From: Desulfosoma sp.
GTDB taxonomy: Bacteria; Desulfobacterota; Syntrophobacteria; Syntrophobacterales; DSM-9756
Direction of reading: 5' to 3'
DNA length: 64,000 nt
NCBI GenBank assembly: GCA_037481835.1
Contig: JBBFKW010000001.1
Location: 32,001 to 96,000, forward strand
Part shown: positions 49,399 to 58,473 of the stretch, piece after piece
Position numbering within the stretch: the first letter of the stretch is position 1
Layout: each line of letters begins with the position of its first letter
Position numbers and translations under genes: made by a program
Notes under the pieces: model-generated
Told to the model about the DNA's origin: nothing
The model's input: only the letters and a program-made list of their open reading frames with translations
Databases searched by the model: none

Positions 49399-50192
49399 GG
49401 TGTCTCCATCCTCGCTGCAGGTTGGAACTCGGGATGAAACGCCTGTTTCCAAAGCACTTCCACGGCGGCCAGAAGAGCCGTGCAGGCGGTTTCGAAACGC
49501 AGCACGTGCCGGCCCAGGCTTACCGGGACAAATCCGCACGCGTGGAACATCCGCCGTTCTCCTTCCGTCCATCCCCCTTCGGGCCCCACGGCCGAAACGA
49601 TCCGCCGGGGCTGGGGATACCGCCGCCACACGGCGAGCAGACTTTCTCGAGGCTCCGTTTCGGACGCCAAGATCCGGATTTCCTTCTCCCCGGGAGGCTC
49701 ACGGCCCAACCGGCCGAGCACCCCTTCCGTGGAATCCTCGCCGCGGATTTCGGGGATCCACGCCCGGCCGCTCTGGCACAAGGCATCCCGCGCAATCTTT
49801 TCGTAACGGCCGAGCCTCTTGTCCTTGCGGGATCCTTCCAGGGCGTATCGGCTGCGCTCCGCCTCGAAGAACCACAGTTCCGAAACGCCCAGTTCCACGG
49901 CCTGCCGCACCACGAGATCCATTCGATCGGAGCGCGCCCACGGCACCATGAACACGGTCCACACGTCATCGGGCTCTTCCCGTGTCACGCTCAGGAGCTC
50001 CACTTCCACCCGCCCCTGCCGGTGCCCTCGGATGGTCGCCCGTGCCGTGCGACCTCGACCGTCGCACAGTTCCACCGCCTCCCCTTCCCGATGCCGAAGC
50101 ACCCGCCAGAGGTGATGGGACACATCGGCATCGAGCGTCAGGGTTTTTCCGGGCCGATCCAAAGATTCACAAAAAAAACGTCGGCGCGTCAC
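49395..50192 (-). CDS. rsmE: 16S rRNA m3U1498 methyltransferase
   Basis: HHLWRVLR, VELGV, VGPEGG and LGRHVLRFETA. Confidence 0.94.
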   Translation of the reverse strand: MTRRRFFCESLDRPGKTLTLDADVSHHLWRVLRHREGEAVELCDGRGRTARATIRGHRQGRVEVELLSVTREEPDDVWTVFMVPWARSDRMDLVVRQAVELGVSELWFFEAERSRYALEGSRKDKRLGRYEKIARDALCQSGRAWIPEIRGEDSTEGVLGRLGREPPGEKEIRILASETEPRESLLAVWRRYPQPRRIVSAVGPEGGWTEGERRMFHACGFVPVSLGRHVLRFETACTALLAAVEVLWKQAFHPEFQPAARMETP

Positions 50193-50201
50193 GGCACGGT
50201 C

Positions 50202-50987
50202 CTACAAGGCCCCAAGGTACCACGCCGTCAGCTTTTCCCCCCAGAACACGTAGCTGATCGCCCCCAAAGAAAGGAACGGGCCGAAGGGGAGGCGCGCCGC
50301 CAGTCCCCGGCGGGATCGCACCATGACGATCAGCCCCACCGCGGCGCCGACGACGGACGAAAAAAAGATCGTAAAGAGCACGCCCTTCCAGCCGATAAAG
50401 GCTCCGATCATGGCCAGGAGCTTGATGTCTCCGCCTCCCAGTCCGTCCTGGCGGCGAAGTTTCTGGTAGCCCCACGCCACGCCGTAGAAAAGGACGCCTC
50501 CCAGGAGCGCCCCCCCGAGCGCATCGACCCAGCGCACGTGGGAAAAGAGCGCCGCGGCGGCCAGGCCCAACACCAGCCCGCCCAGGGACAACACGTCGGG
50601 AATGAGGTACGTGTCCAAATCGATAAAAGCGATGAGCAGCAGAAGGGATCCGAAGGTGAAAAAGACGAACAGCGGGGGAGTCGGGCCGAAGGTGCGGTAG
50701 AGTCCCGCGGCCATGAGTCCCGTAAGGAGCTCCACCAGGGGATAGCGCCACGAGATGGCCTGGCGGCAGTGACGGCACCGCCCGCGAAGGAGGAGAAAAC
50801 TGAGCACCGGGATGTTGTCGAACCAGCGGATGGGAGCGCCGCAGCCGGGACATCGCGAAGGCGGCGAAACGAGGGACTGGCCCTTGGGCCACCGGTAAAT
50901 GACCACGTTGTAGAAGCTCCCCAGGCAGCATCCGATCACCAGGGCCGCCGCGGGGGCCAGCCATGAACCCCAGCCTTCATACCCCAT
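50202..50987 (-). CDS. pilD: Prepilin peptidase (A24)
   Basis: GSFYNVVIYR, two CxxC pairs, IDLD, GGGDIKL and LPFGPFL. Confidence 0.95.
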   Translation of the reverse strand: MGYEGWGSWLAPAAALVIGCCLGSFYNVVIYRWPKGQSLVSPPSRCPGCGAPIRWFDNIPVLSFLLLRGRCRHCRQAISWRYPLVELLTGLMAAGLYRTFGPTPPLFVFFTFGSLLLLIAFIDLDTYLIPDVLSLGGLVLGLAAAALFSHVRWVDALGGALLGGVLFYGVAWGYQKLRRQDGLGGGDIKLLAMIGAFIGWKGVLFTIFFSSVVGAAVGLIVMVRSRRGLAARLPFGPFLSLGAISYVFWGEKLTAWYLGAL

Positions 50988-51007
50988 AGCCCCGATCCTT
51001 CCGCCCG

Positions 51008-53347
51008 TTACGGTTCCTGCGGGGCCTTGTAGCCACACCCCGGACGGGCACAGGCAACATATTTTTCACCTTTTTTTCCCGTTCTGCCCACCATGGCCGG
51101 CGAGCCGCACTGAGGGCACGTGCGCGCCGTCGGCCGGAACCACAGCACCACGTCGCAGTCGGGATAGCGGGAGCAGCCGTAAAATTTTCGGCCCGTCTTG
51201 GAAAGCCGTTCCACGATTTCCCCGTCGCAGCCTTCCCGGGGACACGGCACCCCCAGGCTCACCGGCCTTGTGTTCTTGCACCGCGGATACGCGCTGCAGG
51301 CGAGGAATTCCCCGTAGCGCCCTTTTTTCAAGACCATGGGACTGCCGCACTTGTCGCATACCTGCCCCGAAGGTTCCTGCTCCACGAGCTGGATCCGGCC
51401 CTTGTCATCCCGGCGGTAGTCGGACGTGAATCCGCATGAGGGCGCATTGCCGCACGCGAGGAAAGGGCCGGTTCGGCTGAACCGAATGTGCAAATCGCCC
51501 CCGCACCGGGGGCAGGAAACGCCCGTCGGGAGTCCCGCCACTTTCAGGTTCAGCATCTTCTTTTGGGCCTCGTTCAACGTTGCGCTGAAACGTTTGTAAA
51601 ATTCTTCCAAAACCGCAAGGTACGGGCATGTGCCGTTTTCCACTTCGTCCAGGCTCTTTTCCATCTTCGCCGTGAATTCCACATCGACGATTTCCGGAAA
51701 ATGGGCCGTGAGGAGATCGTTGATGAGCAGCCCCAGTTCCGTGGGAACGAGCTGCCTTTTACTCTCCTGCACGTATTCCCGATCCACGATGGTGGAAACG
51801 ATGGTCGCGTACGTGCTGGGCCGGCCGATACCGCGCTCTTCCAATTCCTTGATGAGGCTCGCTTCCGAATAGCGCGGCGGAGGCTGGGTGAAGTGCTGCT
51901 TGGGGATGAGCTTGTGAAGATCCAGCACCTGGCCTTCCGTGAGGGCCGGGAGGCGCCCTTCAGCCCCACCGTCTTTTTCGGAGGACTCCTCGTCTTCACT
52001 TTCCGTGTACAGGACCATGAAGCCGGGAAATTCCACGACGGATCCCGTGGCTCGAAAGAGATGGACCGTCCCGCCCTTCTTGTCGGCGTCTTGGGAGGCC
52101 CCCCCGGCGCCGGTCGGGCCGCCTTCGGGAACGGCTTGGATGGTCACCGTCGTCTGGGCGATGGCCGCAGGGCTCATCTGGCAGGCGACGAAACGCTTCC
52201 AGATGAGGCTGTACAGGGCGAGTTCGTCCCGGGGGAGGAATGGCTCCAGGGATTCGGGAGTCCGGCTCACGTCGGTGGGTCGGATGGCCTCGTGGGCGTC
52301 CTGGGCACCGGACTTGGTCTTGTAGACGGCGGCTTTGGGCGGCACGTAAGGCGATCCGAACCTGTGCGCGATGTAGTCCCGAGCGGCCTTGACCGCCTCG
52401 TCGGCAAGGCGCGTGGAGTCGGTGCGCATGTAGGTGATGAGACCCACGGCCCCTTCGTCGCCGATTTCCACGCCTTCGTAGAGGCGCTGGGCCACGCGCA
52501 TGGTTTTCTTGGCCGAAAAGCGCAGCCTGCGGGCGGCATCCTGCTGCAACGTGCTGGTGATGAAAGGAGGCGGCGCGTTTTTCCGGCGCTGCTTGCGCTC
52601 CACGGTAAGCACCCGGAAAAGGTTTCCTTCCAGGGCCTTGAGCACCGCCGCGGTGTGCTCCTCGGAACGCAGATCGCACTTCTTGGAGCCGATGCGCCAC
52701 AGCTTGGCTTCGAAAAGGTCGGCCTTGTCCTTCGTGCGGTCGTCGCGCCGCGGCGAAAGCTGGGCCGTGATGGTCCAGTATTCTTCGGGGACGAAGCGCT
52801 GGATGTCCCGTTCCCGTTCGCAGATGAGCCGCAGGGCCACGGATTGGACACGACCGGCGCTCAGGCCGCGCTTCACCTTTTCCCAGAGGATGGGGGAAAT
52901 GAGGTAGCCGACGAGCCGATCCAGGATGCGCCGCGCCTGCTGGGCGTCGTAGAGGTTCTGGTTCAACCGCCCCGGATTTTGCAAGGCTTCGCGGATGGCT
53001 TTCGGGGTCAGCTCGTAGAACAGCACCCGATACAGGGGCTTGCCGTCGATTTTGAGTTCTTCGGCGATGTGCCAGGCGATGGCCTCCCCTTCCCGATCCG
53101 GGTCCGGGCCCAGGTAGACGGCCTGGGCTTTGGCGGCGGCGTCGCTCAGTTCCTTGAGCACCTTTTTCTTGGTGCGCAGGACCTGGTACTCGGCCTTGAA
53201 CCGGTTTTCCACGTCGATCCCTAGCTTGGCCTTGGGAAGATCCTTGACGTGGCCGACGGAGGCTTTCACGATAAAATCCTTCCCCAGGTATCGGGTGAGC
53301 GTCTTGGCCTTTGTCGGACTTTCCACGATCAGAAGCGATGGCGCCAT
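51008..53347 (-). CDS. topA: DNA topoisomerase I
   Basis: IVESPTKAK, DPDREGE, SAGRVQS, ITYMRTDS and C-terminal Zn fingers. Confidence 0.98.
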   Translation of the reverse strand: MAPSLLIVESPTKAKTLTRYLGKDFIVKASVGHVKDLPKAKLGIDVENRFKAEYQVLRTKKKVLKELSDAAAKAQAVYLGPDPDREGEAIAWHIAEELKIDGKPLYRVLFYELTPKAIREALQNPGRLNQNLYDAQQARRILDRLVGYLISPILWEKVKRGLSAGRVQSVALRLICERERDIQRFVPEEYWTITAQLSPRRDDRTKDKADLFEAKLWRIGSKKCDLRSEEHTAAVLKALEGNLFRVLTVERKQRRKNAPPPFITSTLQQDAARRLRFSAKKTMRVAQRLYEGVEIGDEGAVGLITYMRTDSTRLADEAVKAARDYIAHRFGSPYVPPKAAVYKTKSGAQDAHEAIRPTDVSRTPESLEPFLPRDELALYSLIWKRFVACQMSPAAIAQTTVTIQAVPEGGPTGAGGASQDADKKGGTVHLFRATGSVVEFPGFMVLYTESEDEESSEKDGGAEGRLPALTEGQVLDLHKLIPKQHFTQPPPRYSEASLIKELEERGIGRPSTYATIVSTIVDREYVQESKRQLVPTELGLLINDLLTAHFPEIVDVEFTAKMEKSLDEVENGTCPYLAVLEEFYKRFSATLNEAQKKMLNLKVAGLPTGVSCPRCGGDLHIRFSRTGPFLACGNAPSCGFTSDYRRDDKGRIQLVEQEPSGQVCDKCGSPMVLKKGRYGEFLACSAYPRCKNTRPVSLGVPCPREGCDGEIVERLSKTGRKFYGCSRYPDCDVVLWFRPTARTCPQCGSPAMVGRTGKKGEKYVACARPGCGYKAPQEP

Positions 53348-53440
53348 TCTTCCTCCGCTGATGTGCCGTCATTTCTTCATTCGGCAGATCCCATGAAGTT
53401 CTGAAATGAATTCGCCCGCCCTCCGGGCGGCCCCGTCATG

Positions 53441-54589
53441 CTACGAAAGCCGCATAAAATACTTGCCGGGCATCTGCCGCACAAGCCCTTTGATTTCCAG
53501 GGCCGTGAGGGCGGCCGTGACCGCAGGGACCGTCAGCCCGCTTTGCGCGCACAGCCGGTCCACGTGGACGGGGTCTTTGCCCAAGAGCCCCAAAACGGTT
53601 TTTTCCACCGGGGAAAGATCATGTTCCATGGGGCTTTTTTCGGGATCGGATCGGCCTGCGCCGGCCGGAGGTGAAGCGGCCGAGGGCGTCCCGCTGGGGC
53701 GGATCATGGGCCTGAGGTGTTCGAGGATATCGTCGGCACTTTCCATGAGAACCGCTCCTTGGCGGAGCAGAAGGTGCGGCCCGAGACTCCGGATATTTCC
53801 GGCCGCTCCGGGGACGGCGAACACCTCCCGGCCCTGTTCCAAGGCGCACCGGGCCGTGATGAGCGACCCGCTCTTGGCGGTGGCCTCAACGACGACCACG
53901 CCGAGGGCCAGGCCGCTGAGAATGCGGTTTCTCTGGGGAAAATGGCCGGCGAGGGGCGGTGTGCCCAGAGGAAATTCGGTCAAAAAACCGCCGTGGGCCA
54001 TGACGGCGGCCCGCAGGTCGGCGTTGGGCCGAGGATACAGGACATCCAGCCCGCAGCCCAAAACCGCCAGCGTGCGCCCGCCGCCTCGGATCGCCCCGCG
54101 ATGGGCGGCGCTGTCGATCCCGAGGGCGAAGCCGCTCACCACGGTGACCCCTCGCCGCGCAAGATCCGCGCACAGCCGTTCCGTAAAGATGAGGCCCATG
54201 GGGGACGCCGACCGGGATCCCACCACGGCAACGGATACGAGATCCCGGGGCTCGGGAGCGCTCGTCACATAGAGGACCGCGGGAGGATCGGCGATGTTTT
54301 TCAAATTGTCGGGATAGTCGGGATCGCCGAGACACACGAGCCCCCAACCCTGGGCACGCAGGTCCCGCCATTCGTCGTCGACGGCTCGGGTGGTTCTCCC
54401 GGCGGCGAGGGCCTCTTGAGCCTCCCGGCGAAGGCCCGGCACCGCGGCCGCCGCTTGGATCCGATCCGCGCACACCGCCTCGGGAGACCCGAAGCGCGTG
54501 ATGAGCTTCAGGAGGGAGACATTGCCCAGCCCGGGCGTGAGTTTCAAAGTGAGCCACGCTCGGGTGTTTTCGTCCAGCTCGGTTCGCAC
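53441..54589 (-). CDS. dprA: DNA-processing protein DprA
   Basis: VAVVGSR, VSGFALGID, FPQRNRILSG and KSGSLIT. Confidence 0.96.
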   Translation of the reverse strand: MRTELDENTRAWLTLKLTPGLGNVSLLKLITRFGSPEAVCADRIQAAAAVPGLRREAQEALAAGRTTRAVDDEWRDLRAQGWGLVCLGDPDYPDNLKNIADPPAVLYVTSAPEPRDLVSVAVVGSRSASPMGLIFTERLCADLARRGVTVVSGFALGIDSAAHRGAIRGGGRTLAVLGCGLDVLYPRPNADLRAAVMAHGGFLTEFPLGTPPLAGHFPQRNRILSGLALGVVVVEATAKSGSLITARCALEQGREVFAVPGAAGNIRSLGPHLLLRQGAVLMESADDILEHLRPMIRPSGTPSAASPPAGAGRSDPEKSPMEHDLSPVEKTVLGLLGKDPVHVDRLCAQSGLTVPAVTAALTALEIKGLVRQMPGKYFMRLS

Positions 54590-54727
54590 GGCCTTCCCGT
54601 CCTTGGGCCTTCCCCCGCTCCGGCGCCCATCCCCGAGGCCGCCTTGGGGCGTCTCGCCGTTCGTGCGGGTCGGTGCCATGGCCCCGGGATGTTGGGGTGC
54701 GCTGCGCGCCGTTGGCTCGGCCCCGGT

Positions 54728-54758
54728 GTTGGGGTTCGCTGCGCTCACCCCAACCTAC
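54728..54758 (-). repeat. GTAG-type REP element
   Basis: gttggggttcgctgcgctcaccccaacctac. Confidence 0.9.
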
Positions 54759-54867
54759 ATCGTGGCAGGGCCTTCCTCAAGTCCCCCATGAGCCGCCCGC
54801 CCCGCAAAATTTTCTCAAGGATCCGCCCCCTCCTGCCGATCCTTAAAGTGAACGCTTCAGAACGTCG

Positions 54868-54957
54868 CGTTTCCGAAAGGGCAAACCCGCCGTGAGGCGG
54901 GGGCGCAAAGCCACGGGTCCCGGAACACGCCGGGATAGCCGGGCTGCCGAAGAAACG
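54868..54957 (+). ncRNA. c-di-GMP-I (GEMM-I) riboswitch
   Basis: GGGCAAAC-CCGCC-GTGA-GGCGG-GGGCGCAAAGCCACGGGTCC...GATAGCCGGGCTGCCG matches the GEMM-I pattern, closed by cgtttc/gaaacg. Confidence 0.9.
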
Positions 54958-55042
54958 GGACCATTTCCTTCCATCCTCGGAAGTCAGTCCCTCCCGTTTC
55001 TTCCCCCTTTCCTTACCGAGCACGGTTTCGAGGAGGTGTATC

Positions 55043-56941
55043 ATGTCGGGAGGGAGACGTCCGTCCCAAGGCGCTCGTGCGTCCTTTGCGCGCCGCATCC
55101 GCTGCATCCTGGATTTTTCTTGGAGAAGGCCCGCTCTGGCCTTCGCCCTCATCGTCTTTTCCACCCTTTTGGGGCCCCCAGGCTGGGCCGCTCCGGCCGG
55201 CCTGAAGATTTCCCCCGGCTTTTCCGCGCTGCCCAACGTCCGCGCATCCCTCTCGGCCCCGGCGGCGCAGAGCACGGGACGATTGCTGGTGCGGCCTCGG
55301 GCCGACGTGAGCGAAGAAGCACTGGATCGGATCTTTTCCGCCGAAGGGGTGCGGCGCCTCGCTTCCTTGCGCCGAAGCGGCATGCACGTGGTGTCGGTGC
55401 CCCCCCACCTGGAGGCGGCGGTCGCCCGGGCCCTGTCCCTGCATTCGGAAATCGCCTACGCCGAACCCGACGCCCTGGTGGCTCCCCAAGCCGCTGTCCC
55501 CAATGACCCCTTGTATCCCTATCAGTGGCATCTGCCGGTGATGGAAGTCCCCACGGCGTGGGATTACGGCACGGGGGAATCCGTCGTGGTGGCCGTTTTG
55601 GACACGGGCGTGGACGGCACCCACCCGGATCTCGCGGCGTCCCTGGTCCCCGGCTGGAACGTCTACGACGGCACCGCCGACACCTCCGACGTCTACGGGC
55701 ATGGAACCGAGGTGGCCGGCGTCATCGCGGCGGCGGCCGGAAACGGCGTGGGAAGCGCCGGCATCGCCCCGGGAGCGCTCATCATGCCCGTGCGGATCAG
55801 TCGCCCGGACGGGTTGGCCTATCTCAGCACCATCGCCGAAGGCCTCGTGTGGGCGGCCGATCACGGGGCTCGCGTGGCCAACGTGAGCTACATGGTGAGC
55901 GGGAGCGCGGCGGTGTCCGAGGCGGCCTGGTATTTCCGGCGCAAGGGCGGCTTGGTTTTCGCGTCGGCGGGAAACACGGGAACGTACGAATCCTTGAATC
56001 CCAACCCGGCCATCATCGATGTGGCGGCCACGACCCCCGGGGACGCCCGTGCGGACTGGTCCAGCTACGGCACCTACGTGGACCTGGCGGCGCCCGGGGA
56101 AAATATCGTGACGACGACCCGGGGAGGCGGCTACGCCGCGGTTTCCGGGACGTCCTTTTCCGCTCCGGCCGCCGCGGCCGCCGCGGCCTTGCTCTTTTCC
56201 GCCAATCCGTCGCTTTCCGCCGACCAGGCGGAAGGGCTCCTGAAAGGCACCGCGCTGGACATGGGCATTCCCGGGCCGGATCCCTATTACGGTTTCGGGC
56301 GCCTCCAGGCGGCCCACGCCGTTGTCGCCGCGCGGGAAACCCCAAGCCAGGACGCCCAGCCTCCCCGGGTGGCCGTGACATGGCAGTTCCTGGACGGCGA
56401 AGTGGGCCAAGCCCTGCTGGTCGGCGTGCAGGCGGAAGACGACGTCATCGTCTCCCGCGTGGCCCTCTACGCCAACGGGGCCCTGGTGGGCGAAGCGCCC
56501 CTGCCCCTTTATGTGTTCCTCCTGGATGCAACCGTATTCGGCCAAGGGCCCCTGACCTTGACGGCCAAAGCGTGGGACGCGGCAGGCCATGAAGCCGGCT
56601 CCGAACCCGTCACCGTGATGCTGGCACATCACGCCGAGCCCCTGGCCGCGCCGGCTCCCGGGGTGATCATCACCGCTCCGGCCGGCGGCGCCCAGGTCTC
56701 CGGCAAAGCCCTCATCACCATGGAGGCGGCCCCGAACACGCAGATCGTGGGCATCCAGTGCATCGTGGACGGCGAACTCAAAGCCACCGTGATCGGGCCG
56801 AGCCTGCGCTACCCCTGGGATACGTCCAAGGCGGCCGCGGGCCCCCATGACATCACGGCGGTGGCCCTGGATTCGGCGGGCAAGGTGCGTCGCACCACCA
56901 TCACGGTCTTCACGGAAGGAAACCCCGATGGGAAACCATAG
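55043..56941 (+). CDS. Secreted S8 subtilisin-like serine protease with two C-terminal Ig-like domains
   Basis: Catalytic triad LDTG / HGTEVAG / SGTSFSAP, a signal and pro region, and Ig-like repeats. Confidence 0.92.
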   Translation: MSGGRRPSQGARASFARRIRCILDFSWRRPALAFALIVFSTLLGPPGWAAPAGLKISPGFSALPNVRASLSAPAAQSTGRLLVRPRADVSEEALDRIFSAEGVRRLASLRRSGMHVVSVPPHLEAAVARALSLHSEIAYAEPDALVAPQAAVPNDPLYPYQWHLPVMEVPTAWDYGTGESVVVAVLDTGVDGTHPDLAASLVPGWNVYDGTADTSDVYGHGTEVAGVIAAAAGNGVGSAGIAPGALIMPVRISRPDGLAYLSTIAEGLVWAADHGARVANVSYMVSGSAAVSEAAWYFRRKGGLVFASAGNTGTYESLNPNPAIIDVAATTPGDARADWSSYGTYVDLAAPGENIVTTTRGGGYAAVSGTSFSAPAAAAAAALLFSANPSLSADQAEGLLKGTALDMGIPGPDPYYGFGRLQAAHAVVAARETPSQDAQPPRVAVTWQFLDGEVGQALLVGVQAEDDVIVSRVALYANGALVGEAPLPLYVFLLDATVFGQGPLTLTAKAWDAAGHEAGSEPVTVMLAHHAEPLAAPAPGVIITAPAGGAQVSGKALITMEAAPNTQIVGIQCIVDGELKATVIGPSLRYPWDTSKAAAGPHDITAVALDSAGKVRRTTITVFTEGNPDGKP

Positions 56942-57046
56942 GCGGCGGCGAAGGGGTTCGCCGGGCGGGAAGGAGGGCGGCGCCGAGGGCGCGGGGAGCG
57001 GCAAAGCCCTCGGCGGCCCCTGGGATCTCAAGGAGGCGGGAAAAGC

Positions 57047-57664
57047 TTAGGGCTGCCCGTGCGGGCCGTACATGCCCAATCCCGGTCCCACGGGACTCTT
57101 GTACAGGAGGCCGTGAGCGCCCTGGGCCGGATCGTTATAGACTTCCTGGATGATCGCAAAATCTCCCCAAATTTGCCGGCCGATTTCGGTTCCGTCGGCA
57201 CTAAGCCAGGTGCCGTTTTCGAGAACGGCATCGGAAGGGACGGCGACGATCTTGACAAAATAGGTCCACTTGCGGAGTTTTCCATTCACGTCCACCCAGC
57301 CGGATTGATGATTGGTCAGCCACGCCCCGGACCCCTTGTAGGAATCGTAGCCGTAATGGCGATCCAACAAGCCGTCGCCGTCGCAATCCTTGTTGCTGAG
57401 CCACGCGTCGTTCCATTTCATGATGAGCTCGATATCTTTGTAGGGTTGGCACCACGACGCATCAAAATAAGCGTCGCAATAGGTTCCGTTGAACATGTGG
57501 GCCTGGTAATTGTAGCCCCAGTCGTCGAAGCCCACCGTGACGAGACTTCCATCGTCGGCATACAAGGTCCCGTCTTGGATGGTGGTGCATTTCTGGGCCT
57601 GAGCCAGGCCCGCCAATCCCACGAGGACTCCCAGCGCCAAAGCCGCCATGAACTTTCTTTTCAT
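57047..57664 (-). CDS. Secreted hypothetical protein
   Basis: Signal peptide ending AQA, a DCDGDGLLD Ca-binding-like loop and many Trp/Tyr. AGGAG RBS. Confidence 0.8.
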   Translation of the reverse strand: MKRKFMAALALGVLVGLAGLAQAQKCTTIQDGTLYADDGSLVTVGFDDWGYNYQAHMFNGTYCDAYFDASWCQPYKDIELIMKWNDAWLSNKDCDGDGLLDRHYGYDSYKGSGAWLTNHQSGWVDVNGKLRKWTYFVKIVAVPSDAVLENGTWLSADGTEIGRQIWGDFAIIQEVYNDPAQGAHGLLYKSPVGPGLGMYGPHGQP

Positions 57665-57852
57665 CGCTTTCTCCTTCTTGGTGGTGTGGCCGATCGGATG
57701 GTTCGGTGCGAAAAATCCGGCGTGAGTTTTCGTCTGCCCCGTGCCTGTGCCTCACCTCCTTTCCCCGAATTCGTTTGGGACGCACTCGAAGGGTTCCATC
57801 GGCAGGGCCCGCACCAAACTTGAAGGATTTTTTCAACGCGGATTCTTCCTCC

Positions 57853-57903
57853 GCGCCTTGGTGTGAGATTTTTTTTCTCACGCCAAGGCGCAAAGGCGCA
57901 AAG
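57853..57903. repeat. Palindromic TCTC-(RCGCMAAG)x3 element downstream of GxxExxY
   Basis: gcgccttggtgtgaga, a T-rich loop, then tctcacgccaaggcgcaaaggcgcaaag. Confidence 0.9.
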
Positions 57904-57935
57904 AGGCCAAGAGAAAATCGCTTTCGCGCGAAAAC

Positions 57936-58328
57936 CTAACTCTCCAGGCGGTTCACCACCCGGAAAATTCCGTCTTTCAGGAGCACCGCCCCGAAGTTGA
58001 TGAGAAGTCCCAGGCGCAGGTCCGCCAGCCGAAGGTAGGTGAGCAGCTGCTTGTGGTGGACCGGCTGGACCGTCTCCACCGATTTCAGCTCCACGATCAC
58101 CTTCTGTTCCACCACCAGGTCGGCTCGAAAGGCGTCAGCAAGCACCAGCTCGTCGTAGCGGATGGCGATGGGCACCTCACTTTGGACGGAAAGCCCGCGC
58201 TTTTTGAGCTCATGGGCCAAGACGGCCTGGTAGACCGATTCCAAAAGGCCGGGGCCCAAAGCTCGGTGCACCTGCAGCGCGGCATCCACCACCACTTTGG
58301 CGATGTCGTTTTCGTGAAGACCCCTCAT
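57936..58328 (-). CDS. GxxExxY protein (PD-(D/E)XK-like nuclease fold)
   Basis: LGPGLLESVY, RADLVVE...VELKS, QLLTYL and LLINFG. Confidence 0.95.
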   Translation of the reverse strand: MRGLHENDIAKVVVDAALQVHRALGPGLLESVYQAVLAHELKKRGLSVQSEVPIAIRYDELVLADAFRADLVVEQKVIVELKSVETVQPVHHKQLLTYLRLADLRLGLLINFGAVLLKDGIFRVVNRLES

Positions 58329-58343
58329 CCCCCAATTCCTTTC

Positions 58344-58406
58344 CTTTGCGCCTTTGCGCCTTTGCGTGAGATCTTATTTCTCACGCCAAGGCGCAAAGGC
58401 GCAAAG
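58344..58406. repeat. Palindromic TCTC-(RCGCMAAG)x3 element upstream of GxxExxY
   Basis: 28-bp arms at 58344-58371 and 58379-58406 with a 7-nt loop. Confidence 0.92.
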
Positions 58407-58473
58407 AGAAAAACTCTTCAGGCGGTTCACCTCCTTCATGGCGTGACCGTCCCCGCGCCTCCGCGTGACCCCT

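Noticed and set aside
52070..52135. Repeat-derived insertion in topA (PEGGPTGAGGASQDADKK)
   Set aside because: The DNA matches none of the repeat families found. It is probably an ordinary variable loop.
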